A stretch of DNA of 35,278 bases from a virus (Duplodnaviria > Caudoviricetes). The notes under the pieces were generated by a model. That model worked only from the letters and a program-made list of their open reading frames with translations. It was not told the DNA's origin and did no database searches. Position numbers and translations under genes: made by a program. The number at the start of each line of letters is the position of its first letter. Position 1 is the first letter of the stretch. This document shows, piece by piece, positions 19,301 through 27,443 of this stretch. The stretch is taken from the IMG/VR virus record IMGVR_UViG_3300020519_000013, positions 1 through 35,278 of that record. One strand, given 5' to 3'.

Positions 19301-22300
19301 ATAAACTTCTCGCAAGATCAGCTCTTGCTAAATCAATCTCCTTACTGTCGCCGCCAGATTGAGAGATTGAAATCAAATTTTCTACACTAGTCTTATAAGC
19401 TTTTATTAAATCAGTTTGTTTATTAGCTGTATCTGAAATTTTTTCTTTCAATTCTCCAATTGTTAATTTAGCTGCTTTTGTTGCTTCTGAAAATGCTATT
19501 AAACCTCCAACAGCAGCACCTATTGCCGTACCCCAACCAGGTAGAATCATAGTTCCTATAGCAGCTCCAGTAGAAACTGATGTGACTCCGGTATTAGCTA
19601 AATTTTGTGTCATTCTTTCTTTTTCAGTTAACTCGTATCGTTTTTTATCTCCGTATGCCGCTTGAGATGCAATTGCTGAACCTAAGATTGGAGCAATCAT
19701 CATGGTTAATGGACTAGATCTAAAACCGAACGAGCTTCCTTTTGAAGTAGAACTATTATTTTTTTTATTATTTGATTGGATTGTATTGGTCGATGCTCTT
19801 TGAGCAGCAATATTTTTTCTAATCGAATCTCCAAGAGCTTTATTTGTTTCCGTAACAATATCTATTACTCCCGTGCTATTACTCAAACTCTTAGCTTCTA
19901 GTCTAATCGAAGTTTTTAACGCTTTCATTTGAGAAGCTGTTAAAGTAGTATCGGTTTCTAATTTATGAAGAGCAGTATTTAATTTATTAAATTGCGAAGT
20001 TTCAGCTTGCGTTAATGCGCCTAAACCACCAACTCCAAAAGCAGCATTGGGATCAACTCTTCCAAAGTTAGGAATGTATCCTCCACTCATCAATCCAGCA
20101 GCTTTTTGTCCTCTCATCGAATCGCTCAATGCATTACCTAAACCACCGTGATCAGCAATTGCGGAACTAAATGTTGGTTGACTGCTGTTTCTAATATGAG
20201 GGAAAGGCTTTGTATCAAAAATAGCTTTATTGCCGCTCATGCTTTCTTCTAAGCCCATTACTGCTTGTTTATAAGCAAAATTAGGAAGAAATGCTTTGGC
20301 GAAACCAGCGAAGCCGCCTTTTCTTTCAGAATTTATAAATTCATTTAATACCTTTGGATTGTTTAGCTTTGATAAATCTGTTTTTGGATTTGATAAAAAT
20401 CTTAATTCACCAGAACTTAAATTACGACCGATAGAAGATTCAATATCTTTTATCAACTTCATTAAGTCGCCAGAATAATGAACTTGATTTTTAGTCAAAG
20501 TGTCTACATCTATAAAATCAGCAAAATTAGGAACAAAACCTTTAGCAAATGAACTCCATTTCAAAGGTCCATAATTTTGTTCATTCCATTTTATCCATCC
20601 CTCGGCACCTCCAAAAACTTTTAATTCTTCTGGGCTTATTCCTCCAGGTATCTTATAAAATTGGTTTCCTTTTATAAATTTACTATAATATCCTTTTTCT
20701 AAAATAGCTTGTATACCAGATGATAATTGAACACTACCAAGATTTTTTAATTTATCCTTAATTTCTTGAGTATTCTTTGAACGCATCATGGAATCAACAT
20801 CTTCAACAGGAGAAAAAGCTGATTCAGGAACACCTCTAGATATAAAATTTTTCTTTAATTCTGGTGAAATAGCTTTATTGGTTTGCAATAATAATTTTCC
20901 ATTATGATAAGCATATTTAATTGCTCCAGCAGTAGGACCATCTATAGAATCCCAAGCTTCAGAATGGTATAAATCATTATAAATTCTACCATCTTTGAAA
21001 GCATAACCTTTATAAATATCAGTTCCATAAGCAAAATTAGGAACAAAACCTGACGCTGAATTCAAAATCATTTTCTTACTTGCAGCATTATATGTCCAAC
21101 GCCCCATCTTATCGTACATGGCTTTATTATTTTTATAATCGCCATAGAAAATTCCTTGTTCTTTGTATTTTTTCAATTTCTCCATTTCGCCAAGATTTTG
21201 AAGATTAGAAACACCAGCCAAATCAGATCTTAAAGCTGCATAATTAACTGCTCCTACTCCTTCTCCTCTTTTACGATAATCAGATAATTTAACCTGAGTA
21301 CCTATGTAACTATTTTTAATTAACCAATCTTCATAAGATTTTCTTAACAAACCTGTTCTTGATTTAATTTCTTTTTTGTCTACAAACTTACCAGATTCAG
21401 CGTAATTTTTAAGAAAATCCCAAGCAGATTTTGTTTCTGGATTACTAGACCAAAAAACACCTAAAACTTTAGAAAGTCTATCATAATTAACTTTCTTCAT
21501 TTTACCAGAAACTTTACCAGTATAAACAGCATCAGGATTTGGAACATATCTTGAATTTCCAAAGTTTTCACTCATTCCCCTTCCAAGCCCTAATGAAGTA
21601 GTTCTACCCGCGCTAGATAAATTTAAAGCTGCTGACTTAGCAGAACGTTGAGCAGCTTCATTAACATCACCTACTAATCTGGGATTTACTGAAGAAGCGT
21701 CAGGTATAAATACATTATTTCCTAATATGGACATAACCATATTATTCCAAGCTTCTTCTAACATATAACCATACAATCTCTCACCGGGTTTTCTGGCATT
21801 AGTGCCACTTAATCCAGTTCCTTCTTTGGGAAATATATCTCCAGGACCAGTTTTTGTTCTATAAAAATTAGCATTAACTTTTTTTCCATTAAAATTAGGA
21901 ATAAAACCACTTGCAGCAGCCATTGCTAAAAACGCAGGATTTTTTACATAACTATTTAATAAACTATTTGTTTCTGCGGACAATCCTTTTACAAGATCAG
22001 GGCTATTTTTGGCCATTTGAGAATAACTCGTACCAGCTAAAGGACCAAAAAGTTTTTTACCTAATTCTGAAGGTATTTGATTTTCATGACCTACTTCATT
22101 AAAAGCAATAATTAATTCTTTTAATTTTGCGGCTGCTGCGGGATTAGATTTGGATAGTGTTTCGTATTTTCTTGTTAATTCGCCAGTAATACTTCCTGGT
22201 AAATTCTTTTTTGGATAGCCTTTATATTCTATGCCTATACCAAATTCTTTTAACCCAGCATCTAACGCCGCTTGTTTTTGATTTGTTCCTGGTTGTAATA

Positions 22301-25148
22301 CATAGCCTCTTATCAAATCGTTTTTTACATTTGGTTGAGAAACTAATTGCATTGCTTTGAATGCAAAATCCTCATATAATGGAGCAAATATATTACTGTC
22401 TCCTCTCTCATCTGCTCCTTCAGCAGTGCTTTTGAAATTGATTTGTCTAAAAGTTTCTGTATCACTTGCTTTAGATATTCCCAAAGCAGGTTGAATAGCA
22501 TCAAAAGCAGGATTACCAAATTTTTTAAACCAAGGAATTCTTATTGCACTTGTAGGAGGAGCAAAATTAGGAATAAAACCTTTATTATAAGTCTGATATA
22601 AAGCATATCTACCTATATCAATATCATCATAACCATCATCATTAAATTGAGTTTGTTTTTGTTGGACTGCTGTTTCAATTGCTTTTTGTAATATTTTCCA
22701 ATTTCCTCCTGTACCTCCCGATTTAGATTCGACACCTGTAAATAAACTTGCGCCTTGTTGATTTATTGGTAATATATCAGATCTAGAATACTGTGAAGTA
22801 GAAAGTTGGAAATTATTTCCAAGTTTTTTAGCGACAAGAGATTCATATAAAGCGCCTCTAAAATTCCAATAATCACCATTATTCTTTTTCTTGAATTTAT
22901 CAAGCATTTGTGACTTGATATCTTTTTCTTGTAAACCAGCATAAAAACCAGATTGTTTTAATTTATCAAAAGCTCTATCATAAGAATCTTTAACTATTGG
23001 AGGAATTGGCGCATTATTTAGATAATCATTAAAATATATTCTTGATTTTTTATCTAAACGATCTTTACTAGTATATCTAATTCTTTGGACAGTTCCAGAT
23101 ACAGAATCATAAATGTTATTTACTTTACGATTTTTATCTAAACCCCCATCTGCTAAATTTTTATTTTCAAAATAAGCAGGATAACTAAAATCTTGAATAG
23201 TTTGTTTATCTAAATTTAATAAATCATTTTTAAATCCAAAATTTTTGTAAGCAAAATTAGGTATAAATCCACTATACATATATGGATCAACACCTGTTCT
23301 ACTTATGGCTTTTTGTCTATGTGCGCGACCAGCTTTTGAATTCGCAGGAGGATTAATAAAAGGTTGAGCAAAACCAGGAATATATTTAACATCTTCCGCA
23401 GTATTCATCACTCCACCAACAGGAGAAGATACAACTCTACCGGGAGCATAACCACCAGCTTGTGCGCCAACGACTTCAGCCATTTTTGTAGCTTTTGGAA
23501 TATAACCTCCTGAACGAGTAACCTGTAAACCGCGAGAACCAGCAACTTTAACTCCTTGACCTGATAATTGAGCTGCAAGTTGTTTTGCTAAAGCTGCTTG
23601 TTTCTGATATTCAGCAGTTTGCGCTCTGGCTGTTTGTAATAATAATTGAGCTTGGGCAGCTTGATTACCCGTCAAACCATCTAGAGCTTGCGCTACAGTT
23701 CCTTGCTGTGCCATGATTTGCAAAATAGATGCTTCAATATTTTTTCTATTTTGCGTTTCAGTTGTTATGCCAGCAATCTGAGGTAAAGCTTCACTAAGAT
23801 AAGTAAAAGAATTTTGTATTAATTTAAAAAGAGTAAAGAAAGCCGCAATAGCACCGGGACCAGCTATAACATTACGAATGCCTTTTAATAAACCATTTGC
23901 AAAAGTAGAACCAACTCCTTCTCCTTCGAGAACTTCATTTATACTTTCAATAAAAGATTTTAATTGCTCAGTACCATATTTAGCCAATGGTTCAAATGTT
24001 ACTTTGCCAATATTATTAGCTAATTGTTGAGTTGAAGTTGCAGTTTGCTTTAATAAAGCGTCAAGAGTTTGATTTAATTTTGCAGTTGCTACTTCAGCTT
24101 CATTTGTTGCTGATGCTCCTCTTTGTAAAGCTCCAGCATATGTACTTTGCGATTTATTTAAATCATTAACAATAGCTTTTAAGATATTAACTTGATAAAC
24201 ACCCGCAACTTGTTCTGATAACTGCGCTCTTTGAGCGTCAGCTAAACCTTTATAAGCTCCAGCAAAATTTTGTAATATTTGAACAGCAGGTAAAATATTA
24301 CCTTGAATATCTCTGACCGCAATATCAAAAGCTTCTAATTGATCCAAAGTATCAGTACGTTGTAAGCGAGTAAAAATTGTTTTTAATGCGTTACCAATTA
24401 CAGCGCCACCTCTTGCTGTGCTTTGTTGAGCTGAAGTAACCAACGCATTCAATTGATCAAGACTAACACCTGCTTCTTGCGCCGCTTGTCCTGTACGAGA
24501 CAACGCTTCCGCCAAATCCCCTGCACCTACAGCATAATCTTGTTCTACAGCAACTAGCTTATTTAAAATTTGAGTCGTAGAGATTCCAGTTGCAGCAAAT
24601 CCGTTTACGGTAGATGTCAATGCATCAACAGCATTTGCAGTGCTAATTCCCGCCAATCTTGTTAATGTCAACGCGTCTTTTGTTCTTTGAAGAGTTTCTT
24701 CAGCCTTTAAACCTTGACGAGAAAATTCAAGAGCAGCTTTAGAAGCATCGTCAAATGAAGAAGCTGTTAATTTAGTTACATTAAATAAATCTGTACTAAA
24801 TTTTTGTAACTGACTTGTAGTCAATCCAAATACGCGATTAATATCTGCAAGATTTTTTTCAACTTCAATTGTTACATTAGCTAATTCCTTGAAACTGCGA
24901 ATTACACCTCCAAGAACAGCAGTAGAAGCGCCGAATGCAATAACGCGAGCATTAGAAGCAGCGAGCGCAGCTTCGAAGTCTTTAACATCGCCCGTAATTC
25001 TTCCTAGTGGCTGAGAAAAAGCTCGTTGATTAATGCTTAGATTAATTTGATTATTCTGAGCGAATCTTTGATTATACGCTTGAACACCAGCTTGAATAGA
25101 AGCGGTTAATGCTGCTTGATTGGCTGCGACATTAATTTGAACTGCCAT
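16353..25148 (-). CDS. Tail tape measure protein (TP901-type core) with internal cassette array
   Basis: 2931 aa. Ala/Gln-rich N-terminus with 'EFSRQG', 'LAEALSRTG', 'GGAVIGNALKTIFTRL'; hydrophobic 'PGWGTAIGAAVGG'; lambda gpH-like C-terminal 'GDKYPALLENGEYVLNRNAV' and 'FASGG'. Sits between the chaperones and the tip genes. Confidence 0.93.
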   Translation of the reverse strand: MAVQINVAANQAALTASIQAGVQAYNQRFAQNNQINLSINQRAFSQPLGRITGDVKDFEAALAASNARVIAFGASTAVLGGVIRSFKELANVTIEVEKNLADINRVFGLTTSQLQKFSTDLFNVTKLTASSFDDASKAALEFSRQGLKAEETLQRTKDALTLTRLAGISTANAVDALTSTVNGFAATGISTTQILNKLVAVEQDYAVGAGDLAEALSRTGQAAQEAGVSLDQLNALVTSAQQSTARGGAVIGNALKTIFTRLQRTDTLDQLEAFDIAVRDIQGNILPAVQILQNFAGAYKGLADAQRAQLSEQVAGVYQVNILKAIVNDLNKSQSTYAGALQRGASATNEAEVATAKLNQTLDALLKQTATSTQQLANNIGKVTFEPLAKYGTEQLKSFIESINEVLEGEGVGSTFANGLLKGIRNVIAGPGAIAAFFTLFKLIQNSFTYLSEALPQIAGITTETQNRKNIEASILQIMAQQGTVAQALDGLTGNQAAQAQLLLQTARAQTAEYQKQAALAKQLAAQLSGQGVKVAGSRGLQVTRSGGYIPKATKMAEVVGAQAGGYAPGRVVSSPVGGVMNTAEDVKYIPGFAQPFINPPANSKAGRAHRQKAISRTGVDPYMYSGFIPNFAYKNFGFKNDLLNLDKQTIQDFSYPAYFENKNLADGGLDKNRKVNNIYDSVSGTVQRIRYTSKDRLDKKSRIYFNDYLNNAPIPPIVKDSYDRAFDKLKQSGFYAGLQEKDIKSQMLDKFKKKNNGDYWNFRGALYESLVAKKLGNNFQLSTSQYSRSDILPINQQGASLFTGVESKSGGTGGNWKILQKAIETAVQQKQTQFNDDGYDDIDIGRYALYQTYNKGFIPNFAPPTSAIRIPWFKKFGNPAFDAIQPALGISKASDTETFRQINFKSTAEGADERGDSNIFAPLYEDFAFKAMQLVSQPNVKNDLIRGYVLQPGTNQKQAALDAGLKEFGIGIEYKGYPKKNLPGSITGELTRKYETLSKSNPAAAAKLKELIIAFNEVGHENQIPSELGKKLFGPLAGTSYSQMAKNSPDLVKGLSAETNSLLNSYVKNPAFLAMAAASGFIPNFNGKKVNANFYRTKTGPGDIFPKEGTGLSGTNARKPGERLYGYMLEEAWNNMVMSILGNNVFIPDASSVNPRLVGDVNEAAQRSAKSAALNLSSAGRTTSLGLGRGMSENFGNSRYVPNPDAVYTGKVSGKMKKVNYDRLSKVLGVFWSSNPETKSAWDFLKNYAESGKFVDKKEIKSRTGLLRKSYEDWLIKNSYIGTQVKLSDYRKRGEGVGAVNYAALRSDLAGVSNLQNLGEMEKLKKYKEQGIFYGDYKNNKAMYDKMGRWTYNAASKKMILNSASGFVPNFAYGTDIYKGYAFKDGRIYNDLYHSEAWDSIDGPTAGAIKYAYHNGKLLLQTNKAISPELKKNFISRGVPESAFSPVEDVDSMMRSKNTQEIKDKLKNLGSVQLSSGIQAILEKGYYSKFIKGNQFYKIPGGISPEELKVFGGAEGWIKWNEQNYGPLKWSSFAKGFVPNFADFIDVDTLTKNQVHYSGDLMKLIKDIESSIGRNLSSGELRFLSNPKTDLSKLNNPKVLNEFINSERKGGFAGFAKAFLPNFAYKQAVMGLEESMSGNKAIFDTKPFPHIRNSSQPTFSSAIADHGGLGNALSDSMRGQKAAGLMSGGYIPNFGRVDPNAAFGVGGLGALTQAETSQFNKLNTALHKLETDTTLTASQMKALKTSIRLEAKSLSNSTGVIDIVTETNKALGDSIRKNIAAQRASTNTIQSNNKKNNSSTSKGSSFGFRSSPLTMMIAPILGSAIASQAAYGDKKRYELTEKERMTQNLANTGVTSVSTGAAIGTMILPGWGTAIGAAVGGLIAFSEATKAAKLTIGELKEKISDTANKQTDLIKAYKTSVENLISISQSGGDSKEIDLARADLARSLYGITTSNLKNLIPTDGSPVDLKSLENAILEINRKADSQVSALSAAEKLSTGSKEVSMMDRIIQSLSETILNFTEDVSAAFVFLGDGIKTLMTSVLKDIPFSKTIEYLNKGFTGFFDYLTSGIDKIALIFMHITRKIALEAEVMLEGIKNLNPFRDPHEKAAAHNALYDKQMNQRVLDSEFNNAIQKINTKATLGKLNMFLASAGVMTEALGGANGETGKAIASLLAKGKELKGRVQSEMGTRTIRQFDMEKIIGEYMNAGGAKSIDFFEKFKGDEVIQNFAKRIASQPSARERDKEIEYMMSYVESNRNDLLEEASQLSAIFRKFSETGEFKGQYILTNFSKFVDGLSKLRENSKKLADGLGVGVLDFTRIRKNIEAAFIKFNNMMDLKQIDVEGIYERSKIGREEAIKRTEIFGKPFEAARQRFESERFNRQESFRRENIRSDVNLVSIAAGLNKTTNAGEPLLNLQNLSKNLEDTTIPFESRAQALENFIKNKNNFLNADNEQALRDIEKAKSVAAISKKKNEEDEKTANFVYSLEIKRLQEARSFNLQLRAGLSSLNDEGDLMVAKLGRDLPGMFADGMVNGIKAAIKESNNLSDALLGIAANFLDSISTTLMQAGTRKILGGFGFENLFTAQKGGAIRAQSGMYISGTGSGDKYPALLENGEYVLNRNAVMAMGGPAALDTLNFSAAPRFASGGSFGFDLASSRSDQDTVANMEKYMTSEGLDNSPLYKELSDAQKQKMEEDRKRRFAQRQQRAAMIGQLVAAAATIAIGAGVSNVRSNAQATKAQNLSAKLQTSAPLTQAESGSIRGLMDKGLLSPTGVYTGGVPQTGFKALFSGPSVGPTWYQRFGSTVSKPFRRQTGGLIGSRLSDTIPGYMEGGLYDSTIVKKYGTGMQGGGSSIMAAGNNSSTVNNNTNANNSFNFNTTVQRDGTIKMGANTTSYQQQDVELSKNLNAKMYAVVTEVIRKEKQFGGSLAGIRN
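20062..23270 (-). repeat. Seven dispersed ~20-bp direct repeats encoding G(F/Y)(I/V)PNF-type motifs within the TMP
   Basis: Plus-strand copies: 23251 gcaaaattaggtataaatcc, 22561 gcaaaattaggaataaaacc, 21889 ttaaaattaggaataaaacc, 21031 gcaaaattaggaacaaaacc, 20521 gcaaaattaggaacaaaacc, 20275 gcaaaattaggaagaaatgc, 20062 ccaaagttaggaatgtatcc. Spacings 690, 672, 858, 510, 246 and 213 bp. Confidence 0.92.
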
Positions 25149-25157
25149 ATTTCTTAT

Positions 25158-25163
25158 TTACAC
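25158..25163 (-). promoter_or_regulatory. Putative late promoter motif GTGTAA
   Basis: cGTGTAAataagaaatATG, 9 nt upstream of the TMP start. Confidence 0.65.
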
Positions 25164-25176
25164 GTTAAATTATAGA

Positions 25177-26172
25177 TTATCCGAATATTTTCATCATATC
25201 ATCCATACTTAATGAACCACCTTTCTTCTTAGCTTCGTCAGCCAAAGAAAGAGTTTTTTGACCTTTAGCCTTTAAACCTATATACTCAAGATCTTCAGAT
25301 GTTGCGCCAACAATAGAAGTTGCTTGATTTTCTTTATTGTTTTTATTTTCTATAGCTTTTTTAGCGTTTTCATTCGCATTAACATAATCAATAATCTTGT
25401 CAGGATCATTTTTAATTTCTTGAGGCATTTTATCGTTCTGCTGAAATACATTCTTAAAAAATCTAGCATAAATAAGTAATTTTACTTGATTATAAGTAAG
25501 TTCACATACTGATTTACCAAAGAATTCAGTAGGATTTTCTGCAAAAGGCATGTATAAATTAAAAAAATCTTGTAAAACTAAATATTGAATCGTGTTGTCA
25601 TTTATATTTTTATATACTTCTGAATATTGTTTTATGATGCAAGTTAGAGTTTCTGAGTCAATATTATCAAATTGATCTTCTTCAAAAGCGACCATACTTA
25701 GTTTTTTATCTTTATATAAACACTTAAGAATATAAAAATCGTTAACTCTTTCTTCAGCATAACTTTCGGCAGTTCTATTAAAAAAGGCTGCTTTAGTATT
25801 TTTTAAATCGTATAATCTTTTTTGTGCCGATTCGATATCTGCATTTATTCTTAATATTTCTGATTTTAAATATAATGTTTTTTTTTGCTTTTGAAAGTTT
25901 TCTATTAAATTTTCTTCTTGTTTAATTAAAGATTCCTGCCGATTTGTCCACTGTTTTTCTTCGATCAAGCGTTTCAAAGTTTCATCGTTTGTAGGAACCC
26001 CTCTGCTTTTAGCCTCTTCAAAATAATAATCGTAGATCTGATCAATATCGACCTGATCTTCTAAAGACAAGTGCTTTAAATAAAAAAGATTCTCTAAAAC
26101 TTTAATTTCAGAGAATCCATTTTTAATATCCCTAAAAGCTTTCTTATATTTACTCTGTTGGGACTGTTCCAT
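25177..26172 (-). CDS. Putative tail assembly chaperone (gpT-position protein)
   Basis: Charged helical protein directly upstream of the TMP; own ATG with GGAG upstream. Function inferred from position only. Confidence 0.5.
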   Translation of the reverse strand: MEQSQQSKYKKAFRDIKNGFSEIKVLENLFYLKHLSLEDQVDIDQIYDYYFEEAKSRGVPTNDETLKRLIEEKQWTNRQESLIKQEENLIENFQKQKKTLYLKSEILRINADIESAQKRLYDLKNTKAAFFNRTAESYAEERVNDFYILKCLYKDKKLSMVAFEEDQFDNIDSETLTCIIKQYSEVYKNINDNTIQYLVLQDFFNLYMPFAENPTEFFGKSVCELTYNQVKLLIYARFFKNVFQQNDKMPQEIKNDPDKIIDYVNANENAKKAIENKNNKENQATSIVGATSEDLEYIGLKAKGQKTLSLADEAKKKGGSLSMDDMMKIFG

Positions 26173-26929
26173 CTATTTCTCCAATGATTCTATCGAACTC
26201 TTCTTTTTCAGTATTGCTAGTAAAAAACCAATAACTAATGATACTTGCTAACTTACTATAACATTTTTCATAAATCTCATTCTTATTTTCTTCGTAATCA
26301 AACATGGCCGCTTCTTTAGCTTCGAAAGTTTTACCTGGAAATAGCCATTCGAACTCTGCATTTTTCTTACTATTATCCTTAAATTGAGTAAGATTAAGTA
26401 CATACCATAGAATAGCTCTGTTCTGAGCTTTGATATCAGCAGTATGATTAAACAAAGTCATATAACTAGTTTCTTTTTCAATAAGCGTTTTGCGTCTTTG
26501 TAAAATTTCAGAAGTAACAGATTCGATCTTCTTTTTATAGTCTTCATCACGCTCTGATTCTGGCTTCAAATTAAGAATCGTAAGTCTGCTTTGTAGATCC
26601 CCAATTTCTCCAGCGGCAGAAACCATTACCTTAGCATCAGCATCGCTAATCAAACCACCAGTATCGCTGTACTTATTTAGTAACATTGCTTTTGTCAAAA
26701 TACCATTTCTGATGCATCTGCTCATTTCAATACTGAATTCCATGTCGGCTTCTTGCATTTGTTTTCGATTTGGCTGCAAAATATTTATTTCTACTGGAAT
26801 CTGTTTCTTTACCTTTTCTTTATAAGTGCGAGTAACTGATTCACCTTGTTCATTTGTCACCGTTTCAGTCTTGTCTTCTTCGACCTCGGCATTTTTAAAA
26901 ATATTGAAACTATATAGAGACTTTGACAT
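26150..26929 (-). CDS. Putative tail assembly chaperone (gpG-position protein)
   Basis: Charged helical protein, first gene of the minus-strand tail operon. Function inferred from position only. Confidence 0.5.
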   Translation of the reverse strand: MSKSLYSFNIFKNAEVEEDKTETVTNEQGESVTRTYKEKVKKQIPVEINILQPNRKQMQEADMEFSIEMSRCIRNGILTKAMLLNKYSDTGGLISDADAKVMVSAAGEIGDLQSRLTILNLKPESERDEDYKKKIESVTSEILQRRKTLIEKETSYMTLFNHTADIKAQNRAILWYVLNLTQFKDNSKKNAEFEWLFPGKTFEAKEAAMFDYEENKNEIYEKCYSKLASIISYWFFTSNTEKEEFDRIIGEIDGTVPTE

Positions 26930-26933
26930 AATT

Positions 26934-26942
26934 TATTTATAC
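26934..26942 (-). promoter_or_regulatory. Putative late promoter variant GTATAAATA (contains T4 late consensus TATAAATA)
   Basis: aGTATAAATAaattATG upstream of ATG 26929; AT-rich context lowers specificity. Confidence 0.45.
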
Positions 26943-26970
26943 TAATATATATTCTATAGTTTTTCAACCA

Positions 26971-26976
26971 GTGTAA
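26971..26976 (+). promoter_or_regulatory. Putative late promoter motif GTGTAA
   Basis: aGTGTAAaagtaaatATG, 8 nt upstream of ATG 26985. Confidence 0.65.
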
Positions 26977-26984
26977 AAGTAAAT

Positions 26985-27440
26985 ATGGCTACAAATCTTA
27001 TCTCTGCTTCTGAAAGAACTGCGCTCAACGCAGTTATTGATGATATTCATGAGACATTTGCTCGCGAAATCACTGTTTTTAAAGAAGCTTCTCAAATCGT
27101 AATCATTACTGATCCTAACTTTAACCCTTTATATAATACTGCTGGTCAAACCACTTCATATGTAAATACACCTGTTTACAAGACATTTAAAGTTAGAATT
27201 CAATATAATGATGATATTGGTAAAAAATATTGGAGCGAATCAGGATTAGCTTCTCAGATTAAATTAGAAGCGGTTGTTGGCTCTGTTAGAATTAAAATAA
27301 GAGCAGAAGATTACGATTATATAAAAGATGGTCGCCGTTTTGATGTAGACGGTAAAAGATATGTTTTAAATTCTACTTTTAGACCACATGGTTTATTCGA
27401 TAATCAATATTATACGCTATACCTCAAGCCCGATCCATAA
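26985..27440 (+). CDS. Putative head closure / head-tail joining protein
   Basis: 151 aa, beta-rich with 'RFDVDGKRYVL' reminiscent of SPP1 gp16/lambda FII-type stoppers; first gene of the neck-tube block; preceded by GTGTAA. Confidence 0.5.
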   Translation: MATNLISASERTALNAVIDDIHETFAREITVFKEASQIVIITDPNFNPLYNTAGQTTSYVNTPVYKTFKVRIQYNDDIGKKYWSESGLASQIKLEAVVGSVRIKIRAEDYDYIKDGRRFDVDGKRYVLNSTFRPHGLFDNQYYTLYLKPDP

Positions 27441-27443
27441 GAT

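Noticed and set aside
16461-22102. Plus-strand ORFs opposite the TMP (e.g. 17278-17847, 17872-18303)
   Set aside because: Antisense shadows of a long coding frame, with atypical composition and no recognisable motifs.
20062-23270. CRISPR array
   Set aside because: Repeats are degenerate, spaced 213-858 bp apart and in frame within a coding sequence; no cas genes are present.
20062-23270. Inteins or introns explaining the TMP insertions
   Set aside because: No Cys/Ser start with His-Asn end at the borders, no LAGLIDADG or HNH motifs seen, and the reading frame is continuous.
26150-26230. Lambda G/GT-type programmed -1 frameshift between the two chaperone ORFs
   Set aside because: The second ORF is in the +1 frame, has an in-frame TAG immediately before its ATG and has its own GGAG; I saw no canonical slippery heptamer in the 23-nt overlap.
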